A stretch of 64,000 bases of DNA from the NCBI RefSeq assembly GCF_964355755.1, contig NC_092675.1, positions 7,931,812 through 7,995,811 of the forward strand. The letters run 5' to 3'. A program made the position numbers and the translations under genes. This document shows positions 52,573 to 64,000 of the stretch, piece after piece. A model generated the notes under the pieces. The model was given only the letters and a program-made list of their open reading frames with translations, had not been told where the DNA came from and searched no databases. Every line of letters begins with the position of its first letter. The first letter of the stretch is position 1. The DNA is from Antedon mediterranea (lineage: Eukaryota; Animalia; Echinodermata).

Positions 52573-52760
52573 TAGTCAACTCTCCCAATACCGGACTCTC
52601 TGAAAACCAGAAACTCTCCCAATACCAGACTTTTTTTGAGGACCAAAAGGTCCCAAATTTAATTTTACCATTAAAAACACATTCCGAATACCAGACTTTC
52701 CGGAAAACCAGACTTATTTGGCCGGCCCAAAGGTGTCCGGTATTGGGAGAGTTGACTGTA
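52573..52760. mobile_element. Tc1/mariner-pogo-type MITE
   Basis: TIR agtcaactctcccaataccggac / gtccggtattgggagagttgactg, followed by TA. Confidence 0.8.
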
Positions 52761-53352
52761 CTACAATATAATGTCTATTCTCCTATAATAAAAATGTCAG
52801 AAGGCTAAAGTGAAAAGAATTAATTTCATTAATAAAGACTACTTTAAATACAAGTGTTATCGAAGAAGCTTAAACACTGGACTTGGTACATGGTTACATC
52901 CCTTTTCCCACCTAGCAAAACTCCAGAGTTTAAAACAACATACAAAACGCTGATCTTGAGGCAACGGTGAATGTGTTAACTCTAGAGTTTTGCTGCGATT
53001 CAAAGCGGTAAAGGCGTAAGACTTTCTCTAGGCCTACACGATAACGATATTTTTGTATAGAATGTCCGGTTGATATACAGTATACGCTATTACAGAAAGC
53101 ACGGAAACATAAACAATAACTTATAATAAATAATAACACTTCAAAATATGAAAGACTAACTCAACAAGAGTAGGCCTATAGTTATACAAAATATGCAGCA
53201 CACGAAAATATATCGAAGACATTTTGATAGTGGCATTGAATTCAAATGAAATGTGTGTAGTTTGATTAATACTGCAAGTTTTAGTTCTACATAATACAAA
53301 GTTAATACAGTTAATAAACACATTTACAATAGCAATCATTGATGGAATTTAC

Positions 53353-55350
53353 TCATTGTTCAAATGTATCTTTGAATATTTTGATATTTGCCGTTTTTGA
53401 CCCAAGGCCTCTCCAATTTGCAACTGCTATTCTGCCTTTAGTGATTGTTATCCCATACGGAAACATGATGTCATCATTTCGGTGGTCAAGTTGCGTCACA
53501 AATTGACCTGTCTCGTGGTCAAACAACTGTAATCTGTCACTGCTTCCAACAATAACGCGACCCTTGCCATCTAGTGCTACAGCTCTAGGGAACTCCAGTT
53601 TACCATTTCCATGTCCACGGCCTTTTCCAATGGTTCTAATGTATTTACCACCGAATGTAAAAACCTGCAGACGATGATTGAGACTGTCGGACACAATCAG
53701 TTGATCGTTTTTATCTATCACCGCAATAGAATGGGGAGTGTTCAGCTGACCATTGCTATTCCCGTAACCACCGATCTTTGTCAATAGACGTCCCTCATTA
53801 CTGAAGCGGAATACACAGTGTGCATGGCAATCCACAACAAAAACTTCACTTCTTCTGACTGAAACGGCAATGCCCTTTGGATTCTGCAGCAATCCTTTTC
53901 CGAACTGTCGAACAATAGCACCATCTTGCTTGCAGATCAGTACTTCACTTCCTGTTTTTTCAGTCACTGCCATCAAGTCAAAATCAATACAATAAATACC
54001 CTGGATTTCTTTCTTATCTTCTAAGAAAACAGTGTTCAAGTAATTTCCTTGTAAATCAAATCGTAAAATTTGGTTTGTCGAACTGCAAGCGAGAAGAACA
54101 TCATCTGTGGTGAAGCAGACGTCGTCGATGTTGCTTTTCTTTTTCGTCCAGAAATGTCCCGTATCGATGGTCTTGAGAAGCAACTGATGTCGAAGGCCAA
54201 CCGCTTTAAACGGAGAACCACAAATTGGCTTCCCGAACACTTCTACATGAAGCTTGTATTCCGTTTCCCATTTACACAAACAGGTTATTTGAAATACACC
54301 TTTGGAAACCTTGGCTACTTCGCCAATCACCTGGCCACCATATTCGTTTTGGAGCACTGCAGAAATGGACTCTTCTATTACGTGTTTTTTCCTTCCATTG
54401 GAATCATTGGTCGTCAGTTTAAACTGGATAGTTTCGCCGACAGTTTTTTCAATCTTCCCTGTGATGTCAGTGCTACATTTAGATTGGTCCAATAATCCAC
54501 CTTCGTAGACGGTACCTAACTTAAACCCTTCAATACATTCACGATCTGGGTCAAACTCCAGATTTCCAACGTTAATAGGGTGCACTTTTGGGATGTTTTC
54601 AAGAGCACTTTGAAGTTGTAGAAGTCCATCATTAATCATACAAAGAGCACCATTTGGGTTCAATGTTCCCATAATACCTTGATTCCGCAATCGCGCATTC
54701 CTCACGGTACCGTCAATCGATTTCAATTTTTGAATTTCATCGTCAAGTTGCTTCTCTTTTCTTGTACTTATTTCATTCATGCCCTCTAAGAGTTGATCTC
54801 TCGCATTTTCTAGTTGTTGCTGCAACCGATCGACATACGCTATGATATCTTGCTCACATTTTATTGTCGACGTCACCCATTTTCTGTTTGTTGCTTCTAA
54901 TGTTGCAAGTTTCTCCTTTGCCGACTCTTCCTCCTTTAATGCACAGTTCACTAGCGTCTCAGCTGCGTTTTTATACTGTTGAAACGCGTCATCAACAGTT
55001 ATAATATGATGACCATCGTGCGTTCGTGCGCAGTCAGCACATATAGGCGTCTCGCACGGTGATTTGCAATATGACGAAATCGGCGTATATCGGTGTTCAG
55101 TACACCAAGTGTCTTTAGAGTTGCGATGTTCCCAATTAAGAGTGTTCTTTTGTGAAATGGTACAAAATCGATGGGGATCGCTGGCTGGACGTTTCTCGTG
55201 GGTTAGCTTGCAACCGTTGCATAGTAGGTTGTTACACTGAAAGCAATGAAAATTTGCTGGATGTCCACAAACTTCGCATTTTCCGGTTTCGACCTTTTCT
55301 TGTAGACCACGATAGTCAAACATATAATTCATGAAACAGTTACCCGCCAT
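53353..55350 (-). CDS. TRIM-NHL-like protein (B-box1, B-box2, coiled coil, filamin, NHL repeats) lacking a RING; 665 aa, single coding exon
   Basis: CEVC..HCFQCNNLLCNGCKLTH and CTEH..YCKSPCETPICADC...HDGH are B-boxes, followed by a heptad region. The filamin domain ends LHVEVFGKPICGSPF. NHL repeats include LQNPKGIAV, GQLNTPHSIAV..VSDSLNHRLQVF and LEFPRAVALD. Confidence 0.92.
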   Translation of the reverse strand: MAGNCFMNYMFDYRGLQEKVETGKCEVCGHPANFHCFQCNNLLCNGCKLTHEKRPASDPHRFCTISQKNTLNWEHRNSKDTWCTEHRYTPISSYCKSPCETPICADCARTHDGHHIITVDDAFQQYKNAAETLVNCALKEEESAKEKLATLEATNRKWVTSTIKCEQDIIAYVDRLQQQLENARDQLLEGMNEISTRKEKQLDDEIQKLKSIDGTVRNARLRNQGIMGTLNPNGALCMINDGLLQLQSALENIPKVHPINVGNLEFDPDRECIEGFKLGTVYEGGLLDQSKCSTDITGKIEKTVGETIQFKLTTNDSNGRKKHVIEESISAVLQNEYGGQVIGEVAKVSKGVFQITCLCKWETEYKLHVEVFGKPICGSPFKAVGLRHQLLLKTIDTGHFWTKKKSNIDDVCFTTDDVLLACSSTNQILRFDLQGNYLNTVFLEDKKEIQGIYCIDFDLMAVTEKTGSEVLICKQDGAIVRQFGKGLLQNPKGIAVSVRRSEVFVVDCHAHCVFRFSNEGRLLTKIGGYGNSNGQLNTPHSIAVIDKNDQLIVSDSLNHRLQVFTFGGKYIRTIGKGRGHGNGKLEFPRAVALDGKGRVIVGSSDRLQLFDHETGQFVTQLDHRNDDIMFPYGITITKGRIAVANWRGLGSKTANIKIFKDTFEQ

Positions 55351-56249
55351 GTTTTATCGTCTTCAACTCGTTTCGAATGTGTACCGTACAGCGTAGTTAT
55401 GGGTTATCTGCGAATAAAGAAAATATTTATATCAGAATGGTAGGAATTTATAAGTATTAGGAAACGCAACCATATACATCGATCAAGATCAAGACTATAA
55501 AGTTCAGTAATTATAACGTTGCTCGTCCTCGTGATTGTGTGGGCCTATACGTATATGCCTATTATTTAAAATATTAATACAGTAATATAAATAATAGGAA
55601 CCGATTTGACTCGACCTTTACCCAAACAGTGTCAAAGTCAATGAAATCAGGCCAAACACGTTAATACCTTGTCATTGTTTATGTTTTTAAAACTGAACAA
55701 TAGGATCACGTTTAGAATTTATAGAATTGTTCTCGTCAACCTATTTTGGTCATTTTGTATATCAGTAGCACAGTGTTGTTTGTAATTGCCCAATGCACTG
55801 TACCATGAACTGGGGAAACCCTATTAACTCAGTGAGTCACATAACATATAATGAATATAGAGTTTTTATCATGTAAATTGGTTTAATTAATTTTGTATGA
55901 GAGTAAATTTATATAATTAATTAATTACGTAATTATATTACAGTAATTAGATCAACATTTGTCACAATTAACGTGCCGTATGTAGTACGTGTTGTGTTTG
56001 AAAACATCCTATTCTACTAAAATGTTCTTTTTGTTACGGAAGGTCAGTTTTGGTCGGTTTTAAAAATAGTATATTAGCAATCATCTAATCTTACGTCACA
56101 TTACATACCCACATCATCGCAAACTAACTCACGTCGTATAGTCGCAATTTGGACATCACAAGGCAGGCCTACATAATAGCCGAGCCCGTAACACGATTTC
56201 AAATTATCACCACTCATATATCGCATTATACATATCACTTTACCCTATC

Positions 56250-56625
56250 ATATCATCATCATCTTCGTCGCCGTCGTTTTATAACCATTAACTGATTCAT
56301 CATCATCAGCATATCATCATTATCATCATCATCGTAATCACCAACTGATCCATCATCATCATATCATCATTATCACCATCATTTATCATCGTCATCACCA
56401 ACTGAGCCATCATTATCATTTTCATCATCATCATCATCGTCATCACCAAACTGATCTATCATCATCATCATTATCATCACCAACTGACCCATCAGCATCA
56501 CAATTAACATCACCATCATCGTCATCACCAACTGATCCATCATCATATCATTATCATCATAATATCATCATCACCAACTGATCAATCATCATCATTATCA
56601 TCATATCGTCATCGTCATATCATCG
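56250..56625. repeat. (CAT)n-rich compound microsatellite with a recurring caccaactgatc unit
   Basis: Seen directly in the sequence. Confidence 0.9.
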
Positions 56626-59600
56626 TATAATGTCCTATAACACACTGCATATATACCTTAGCCTTACCTTCCCATCAATCTCAAAATACACTTAATATTA
56701 GAGGAGCTTTAAGTGTTATAAAGGTATACATTGTATCGACTACTATGGCAATCAAATACTATTATACACGTCGACTATTTTTCTCAATATGAAGGTCATA
56801 TACGTGTCCCAGGTACGGAGTTAATCTTTGTAAGAGGCATGTCGAGGCCTGCATACATGATCATAAAAAACTCGAGCGTACAGTATTTATATTCTATCAA
56901 AAATATAACACTAAACAAAGAGAATTCCGGAACAAAGAAATCATGAATTGGAAACGTTATAAGCAAACAGTTTATTATAATCGTTCCTTGTTGTAAAGTT
57001 ATTTGTTTATCCGCATAAATGAGTTGATGGATAAAACATATGCCAGCAAAATATTAAACTGGTAGGAAATGTTCAAATGTTAAAATAAATTATTAACCAC
57101 AGCCTCATTTATGATGCGTCATTTTCCAATCAGCACGAACCAATAAAAATTAAATAATACCAAATTGTATACATTTTAACAGGGTTGTTTAAATAGTAGG
57201 ATTAATTAGTGTCCTCTAATGTATTAAGCATCGTTCGGGCAGTATTTTTAATCCGGATCACAGAAATACCAGGGAGTTCCTTAATAAAAAAAGACGATGT
57301 ACAGCTGGTATCTTATTCGATTTAGCCAATCAGTCACGTCACGGCAACTACGGCAACCCTTTTTACGCCCTAATTAATGGATTTTTCCGTGAACAAACGA
57401 TCAGGGGAATATATTATATGATGTCTTATATTAAGGGGGATAAAAGTATACGGTAGGCCTATGTCGTAGTCTATGCAGGCAGGTATCTATCTATATATTG
57501 CCTTAATTAGGCCTATATTTGTACTAATTGTAGTATTATTGGAAAACATTCGGCTCAAGTGTGCTGGAGGAGATAGTGAAATGTCCTTCAGTAAATAATA
57601 CAAATAACCATGAGAACAGATACACATTGTGTCAACATACACCTGTAGCATTGTGCAATAGTTTTAAAAGAAATACCACAAAACAAGGCCTATAACCAAT
57701 ATGATCAATCATTGCAATCATGATTTTGCCAACTTCATCGAGTCTAAATCAAAATCATCATCATCATCATCATCACCACCAGGACACGTCTGCTAATTCC
57801 TTTTAATTTACATTAAGTATGATATCGATCATGGTTTTAGGTGGTCATAGAGTTTTTTTTTTATAACTCTATGAGCAGGTCTAGGTAGGGAAGAAATAGA
57901 CAAGTCTGGTGGAAAATATTAATGCCCTTGAAGAGCTACAGCACATCCTAGCCCAGTTCATGACCAGTTCAAGAACAAAATAATCTCTAACACGAAAAAG
58001 TGTTAATACAACGGTTTGAGAACAAGGTGAATACAACAATTGCAATATGGCATAACCTGATACAAAATAATTCAAGCGATGCCTCAATAAGGGAGATATT
58101 TTCATATAAGAATAACAATATTTCAATATGTATTGTTAATATTACCAGGTATAATAAATATAAAAAAACAGGTCAAGAAAGAAAATGTCACACTTATTTT
58201 TAGACAATACATATACGGTACGTCTGTGCCGTACCCACAATCTTCATTCATTTCATTTCATGATTTATTTCAATATAAAAAAAAAAACGTGGACAAAGAA
58301 CAGAAAAAACATCACATAATACCAAGCAGAGACAGGGTTTCTGAAAAAGCGAACTTAATCACTATCTAGTAGAGGTCTTCTATTGCACTGATTGGATAAC
58401 AACATTTAGAATATTTTCATAAAGCTTATCGTTAATACATACATACATACATACCAATCAGCACTGTTACTTTGTGAATGTACACAATTCTTATGATTCA
58501 TATCATCAATCAATAATAACGGAAGTACTAGCAATGAGATGACCATTAATATTAATAGTGAGTTAATGTTAATGCTGGTTTTCATATGCAACGATTATAC
58601 AGATCACTGGAGATACATAGGATATCGTAGGCCTAGCGAGAATGATTATTCAATATGATTGTAACAATAAAAACATAATGAAATTTAACCCACACGATGA
58701 TGATTAACAAGGTACTCGACGACGAATCGAATATTTTAAGTTTCGTCAACGTTGGTAACAATGAAGACAGTGAGTGCTCACATTTTAATTCCCCACTAAA
58801 ACTATAAACGTACCCCAATAGTAATACCCTAGTAACACCCTATATTATACAAATCGTCGAAATATATTAAAGATTTTAAATACATTATGTATACGTACCA
58901 CACAGCTGACTGGAGGATGACAGAACACAAACGACTGAGAAGTATATACTGATGAATCGAGCCCAATACAAAATACGTCAATGCTCCATTTACTGTTAAC
59001 AAAAAATTAAATTCAAAACCGCTTAGCAATTTGTGCATGGGTTGATAAATACACAAATATTATATATATAGTATGTAACACGGAGTAGACCAATACAAAA
59101 ATACCAGATGCACATTACCCGAGTGTGTTTTCCGAAATTGCGTTTTAACAATGAGAGAATCGTGTATACATGCAAATAACAAACACATGAACTTTGACAT
59201 ATCAATATTCCGTACTGACCAATCAGATCACGCAATATGTGTTGCTACGACGAATGGTTAATAAGATCAAAAGAAAATTAATTAGGTGATAGTTCCCAGG
59301 GCAGTAAAATTAAGGATATTTCGTAACGTTACATGATTATTCCTAATGATGTGTTATTACCGGTTTTGTAAAATGAGACAAAGACAAAAAATTGTGGTTT
59401 TGAGGAATATTCTTGTATCCCTACCATCACAAAACAAAAGGTGTACGAAACAATGAAGTACAATAATACCGGTTTATTTAACAAACGGCTCAGCTGTTCG
59501 TCGTGCGAACCATAACACGTTTTTCACCTTGGATGCACTCGGTTGATTAGTAGGCCTAATCGTCATTAATACACTTAATAGCTTCAATATTTTTATATTT

Positions 59601-59765
59601 ATCACTGGTATCTGATCTGTTTAAAATCATCATTTAAAAAATCATGTCCGCTTTGTTTGATCAATGCAGAAATAACCCGATCTAAAGTGGTAAACTGTAT
59701 TTACTATATATAATGAGTATCGCTTCTGCCTTCTGCCCTTTGTCTTTACGTAGAGGTAGACATCA

Positions 59766-62700
59766 TAGTCCAGTCAATCTAGTGATATTTAGAGGTAAAC
59801 CCACCACAAATTGCAATAGTAACGAAACATTGATTTTTTCATTCCAACTGTAGTTTAGAATGACATATTAAAAGTCACCGAAAATTGAAGCATTGGAACA
59901 CACTATTTTTTACGTAATCTCAACAACTATATAGGGATTTTATTCCGTAAATATTTTTGGGGTAGGGGGTAACATTTATGCCCGTAACTTGTGGTTTTAT
60001 AATCCAATCTCAATAATCTTGATATCAGTGTGTAGAATATATATTTCTTTCTAATATGCAATTTAAAAAAACAAAATACAACACTTATTTATATAACTAG
60101 AGGTTAAAAGGTTATTGACCTTTTACAAAAACTCATTTTTTTCCTTTAAAAAATGATTAACTGTTATATCGTATGCCATAATTGTGGATGCATTTAATCA
60201 AAATTGTGTTTTTTCTGTACTTATCGATATATAAAATAGGAAACATGATGTTAACTAGAAGAATTTTAAAAGTAATGATGTACTATTCTTATTGAAATTG
60301 ATTCTTGATCAAATGTAATGTAAACAATTTTTGGGTAGGGGTAGCGTTTATGCCTATAATCCATTGTTTTATAATCATATCTAAATAGCTTTAGTACCAA
60401 TGTGTAGAGTATATATATCCTACTAATATACATTAAAAAAACAATTAATACAACAGTTATACTTAACTAGAGGTCAAAAGGTCATTGACCTTTTACAAAA
60501 ACTCAAATTTTTCCTAACAAAATGTCTTATTCCGTAATTGCCGTTGCATTTGATGAAACTTGTGTTTTTTCTGTACCTATCGTCATATGAAATAGGAAAA
60601 ATGATGTTAAGTATTTTGAATTAATTATGTACTCAAATAAAAATAATAATCCTATAATAATGATAAATTGTTATCAACAACAGGTAGTGTAGTAGTAGGT
60701 AACATTTATGCCTGCCAATAACATCTAAATAACTACAAATGTGTATAATATGTATTTCTTACTCTAAAAACTAATTGATACAACAGTTGTTCTGTAACTA
60801 TAGAGGTCAGTGACCTTTTACGAAAACTCAAATTTTCTTTAAATAGCGTAAAACTAAATTATGTTTATGTATATTTTGCAAGTATTTGGTGCAAATAATG
60901 TTTTTCCTGTACCTATTGTATCGTTATGAAATAAGAAAAATGATGCTAGCTAGAAGAACATTGAAATTCATTAGCGGTATGTACTATTGTTGATTAATTA
61001 ATGAGTCTTGATAATTTGGAATCAACTCATGATTTAACTATAGATAGATTTTTGATGATTTTAGTATCAATGAATGTACGTAATGACAAGTATTGGATCG
61101 CCCCAGGGTTGCGTCCTCTCTCATCTCCTGTATATTATATACACGGATGACTGTCGCAGCAAACAGGACAATAGTCATCTTGTCAAATTTGCTGACGACA
61201 CTGTCTTGCTGTCTCTCCTTAAAAATTCACAGGACGGTCATGGTCCCGCATTAGATGGTTTTATCTAATTTTATGGAAACTCCTACTTGGAACTCAATGT
61301 GACCAAAACCAAGGAGATGATTGTAGATTTTAGGAAGGAGAAATGACGCAGCCCTCTGGTATCCCTCATAAATGACGAACCAGTGATATTGTCCATTCCT
61401 AAATACCTAGGTACTATATTTTGAGGACAATCTCAGCTGGGAATTAAATACAGAGGCAATAGTAAAGAAAGGACACCATAGACTTTATCTGTTAAGGAAG
61501 CTGAACCATTTTAATGTCGATAAAGTAATTCTCAGGTTTTTTTATAATTCCTTTATTGAGAACGTTTTAACTGTTTTCCTTTATATGCTGGTTTTTTAGT
61601 CTTAATAGGGTCAAAGAGAGAAACTCACTACAAAGAATTGTTAATTTAAGTTCTAAATTAATAGGTTGTCAACTTCGTAGCTTGTCTTCCTTCTGTGACA
61701 TGCAAACTCTAGAAAAAAATAGAGCTATTCTAAAAAATGTTAACCATGCCTTGTTCAGTGATTTCGAGCTCATGCCTCATGGGCGTCGCTTTCGATGCCC
61801 GGCATGTAGAACAAACCGGAAAAGAAATTCTTTTTTGCCAGTTGCCATCCGACTCTTAATTTCTTGAACTTTGACTCTTGTTATATTGTACTGTGTATTG
61901 TGATATTTTTGTATATTTTGTAAGATCATTTTAATCCAGAACTTTTTATTTGAATTGCCCCGTGTGGGATGATATTCTTTAATCCTTCAAATAGAAATGG
62001 ACTCACAACTATGTCATCAGTATCACTTTCTTGTTCGGGTATTAGTACAGTGCAATGCCATTGCATTCATCACATGTAGTTCTAGTTACCCCTGAATGCT
62101 TCAAGGAGATACTCAGGTGCTGGCTTTAAGTCTGTGTGTAGAGAAACCATGTTTCCATCATCTGATCTTCCATCCCCAGTCCTCGGTACACATATCAACC
62201 CCACTCCATTGCTAAAAGATAACTTGAACTTGAACATGATGTTAAGTACCTTGGTTGTGGTACGACTATGAAGTTGGCGATATGCGAGGTTGTACTTGTA
62301 GATGGGATGGAGTCAAAGGCATTCCACGCTGTCCAGGTCGTCCATTGTACAGACACACTAAATCATTTTCTCTAGCAACCACAATGTCATCCTTTGTATC
62401 TTGTTTGCATCTGAAGACTACAGCATAATGTCAGAAATAAGTGCAATGACAAGCTTTTTTTAGAGCCACTTGTTTTCCAATTCCGAAAACTCTGGATGTT
62501 GTGTCACCAGTATCGCATGAGCAAACAGAAGGTTATCACAGATGTCTCTAAAAAGTCATCGGATACAGATGTTTTCCTGTTTGCTGATTCAATGGTTTTT
62601 TTGTACTATCCGAAATAACATCTGCATCAGCAGCTGCATTCACTCATTGCCATGTTGTTCAATTACTAGTTACGAAGATTTATAAATTGTTGTTTGTTAC

Positions 62701-64000
62701 AGAAAGTGATCCTATTTTGTGGAACATGTCACTGGTAAAATGTACAGGGACACTACCACATGACCCGCCTTACCATGTGCGCCGTCTTTGGCGCTTTCAT
62801 AATCATCAAAGACTATGATGGCAGAGCAATATTTTTTACAGATCGCATCATAAGTCTCTACACTATTCCATGGAATGCTGTGAAGTAGAGTACTACCATC
62901 TAAAATGTAGGCTTACTGGACAGCATTCTGTGAGTTGGATGTGTTAGACTATTCATAAGAAGTTGTTTCCACATGGCATCATGTTGGTTTATTAGCTGAA
63001 AGTATTGTAAGTTGGTAGTTTCAAAAAGTGCTGGTGGATAACAAAGTTCATGTTCAAAAACTTCCTTGTTGTCACCTCGAGTCTCCTCTGGAACTGTAGG
63101 ATCTATGCACACATATTTGCCTGTATGTACTTTATTGCCAGGATCTTGAATACATTGCAAGACTTTCTGGCCTAACATCCTTCCAAAATATTCAATGCTT
63201 AATACCGCATTGCCAATATTCCGAGTCACCTGCAGTAACTCCCATGTCAATGGTATGAAGTCTCTGAGTCGTAACCAAATGGATTTTTCAATTGCCATTG
63301 TGTTCCTGACGTGTGGCCACAAGGTCTTATGTTGGCCGCTGTTGGAGTAACGCCCTGATACTATTGCAAAGGCATTACATACAGCGCAGATTTGGTCTGA
63401 ATGTACTCATTCCTAAATCTCTTGTCAAACCTGGTTTTCTTTGAGGCTTCTCATAGAAACCTTTTCAATCACCAGGTCTGTTGACAATCCAGCCCAGATG
63501 GTTCCGAATGTCATACAACATGGAGGTCATTGTCAAACTGCTGTTGAACATCTTTGTATTTCTACTGGTTAAAAAATCGTTAAAATACTTATACGTCCCA
63601 ATATAAATAGTGTAACCATGGCAACACAAATGCCATCTGGAAAAAATGGAATGTAGATCATCGAGAAGTAACAGGAACGGAGATGTCACTCATCTGCATC
63701 TTGAGCTGGTCATGTGTATCGCTTTGGACTGAAATGTTCACCCCATGGGTATCCCTGTGTATATACCATTGTTGTTTACAGCGAAAACAACATTTTTAGC
63801 CAAAATTGAAACATTTTGTTGTGTTTTTCCGCAAAAATGACATGCTAAATAAAATGTTATGACTATAAGTTTGATATCACTGAATAGGAAATTTAATAAG
63901 CTTTCGGATGATATAAATCACACTTGTATATAATGTATTTCAAATGGTTAAATATATGTAATTAATGGGGCATATTAATTTTGACTTAAAATGACCTTTA
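59766..64000 (-). mobile_element. Decayed Academ-type DNA transposon; the other end is unresolved or outside the window
   Basis: Frameshifted minus-strand remnants at about 62000-63700 include HELCYPPALFE, LDGSTLLHSIPW, AIIVFDDY, AAADADV, NLLFAHAIL(G)-DTTSRVFGIGK and EDWGW...LKPAPEYLLE. Three subterminal repeats of about 350 bp span 59940-60960, and a TAGTCC putative terminus is at 59766. Confidence 0.65.
61086..61975 (+). mobile_element. 5'-truncated Rex1/Babar-like LINE nested in the Academ-like element
   Basis: GSPQGCVLS.LLY..YTDDC...KFADDT reverse-transcriptase motifs and a C-terminal MPHGRRFR...RTNRKRNSFLPVAIRLL, with stops and frameshifts. Confidence 0.85.

Noticed and set aside
54036-54508. 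Overlapping ORFs inside the TRIM-NHL gene (and those inside 48274-49089)
   Set aside because: These are antisense or alternate-frame shadows of real coding sequence, with no motifs.

Overview
AT-rich, intron-rich eukaryotic DNA from an invertebrate. An echinoderm such as a crinoid is my inference from the TAGGCCTA abundance, the SINE types and the protein style. The ORF track misses most real genes because their exons are short, so I rebuilt the genes by hand from GT-AG sites and reading phase. Gene order: PAIP1 (-, 10 coding exons), then five co-oriented small secreted-peptide genes carrying ShK (Stichodactyla toxin-like) six-cysteine domains (-, 14.4-41.5 kb), then TFAM (+, 7 exons), a Golgi carbohydrate sulfotransferase of the HNK-1ST/CHST8-14 family (-), and a RING-less B-box/coiled-coil/filamin/NHL TRIM-like gene (-). 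The main finding is the ShK peptide array. Four genes have one domain and one probably has two. They share an architecture of signal-peptide exon, micro-exon linker and phase-1 ShK exon; the four single-domain genes also have an intron at or just after the stop codon. Three share a TATA+CCAAT promoter, the paralogs are related in a mosaic way, and their surface charges differ widely. The array is a candidate defensive, venom-like or signalling peptide system, but function is not shown by the sequence. The rest is repeats: MITEs, tRNA- and 5S-derived SINE-like elements, LINE fragments, Academ-type DNA transposons and minisatellites.
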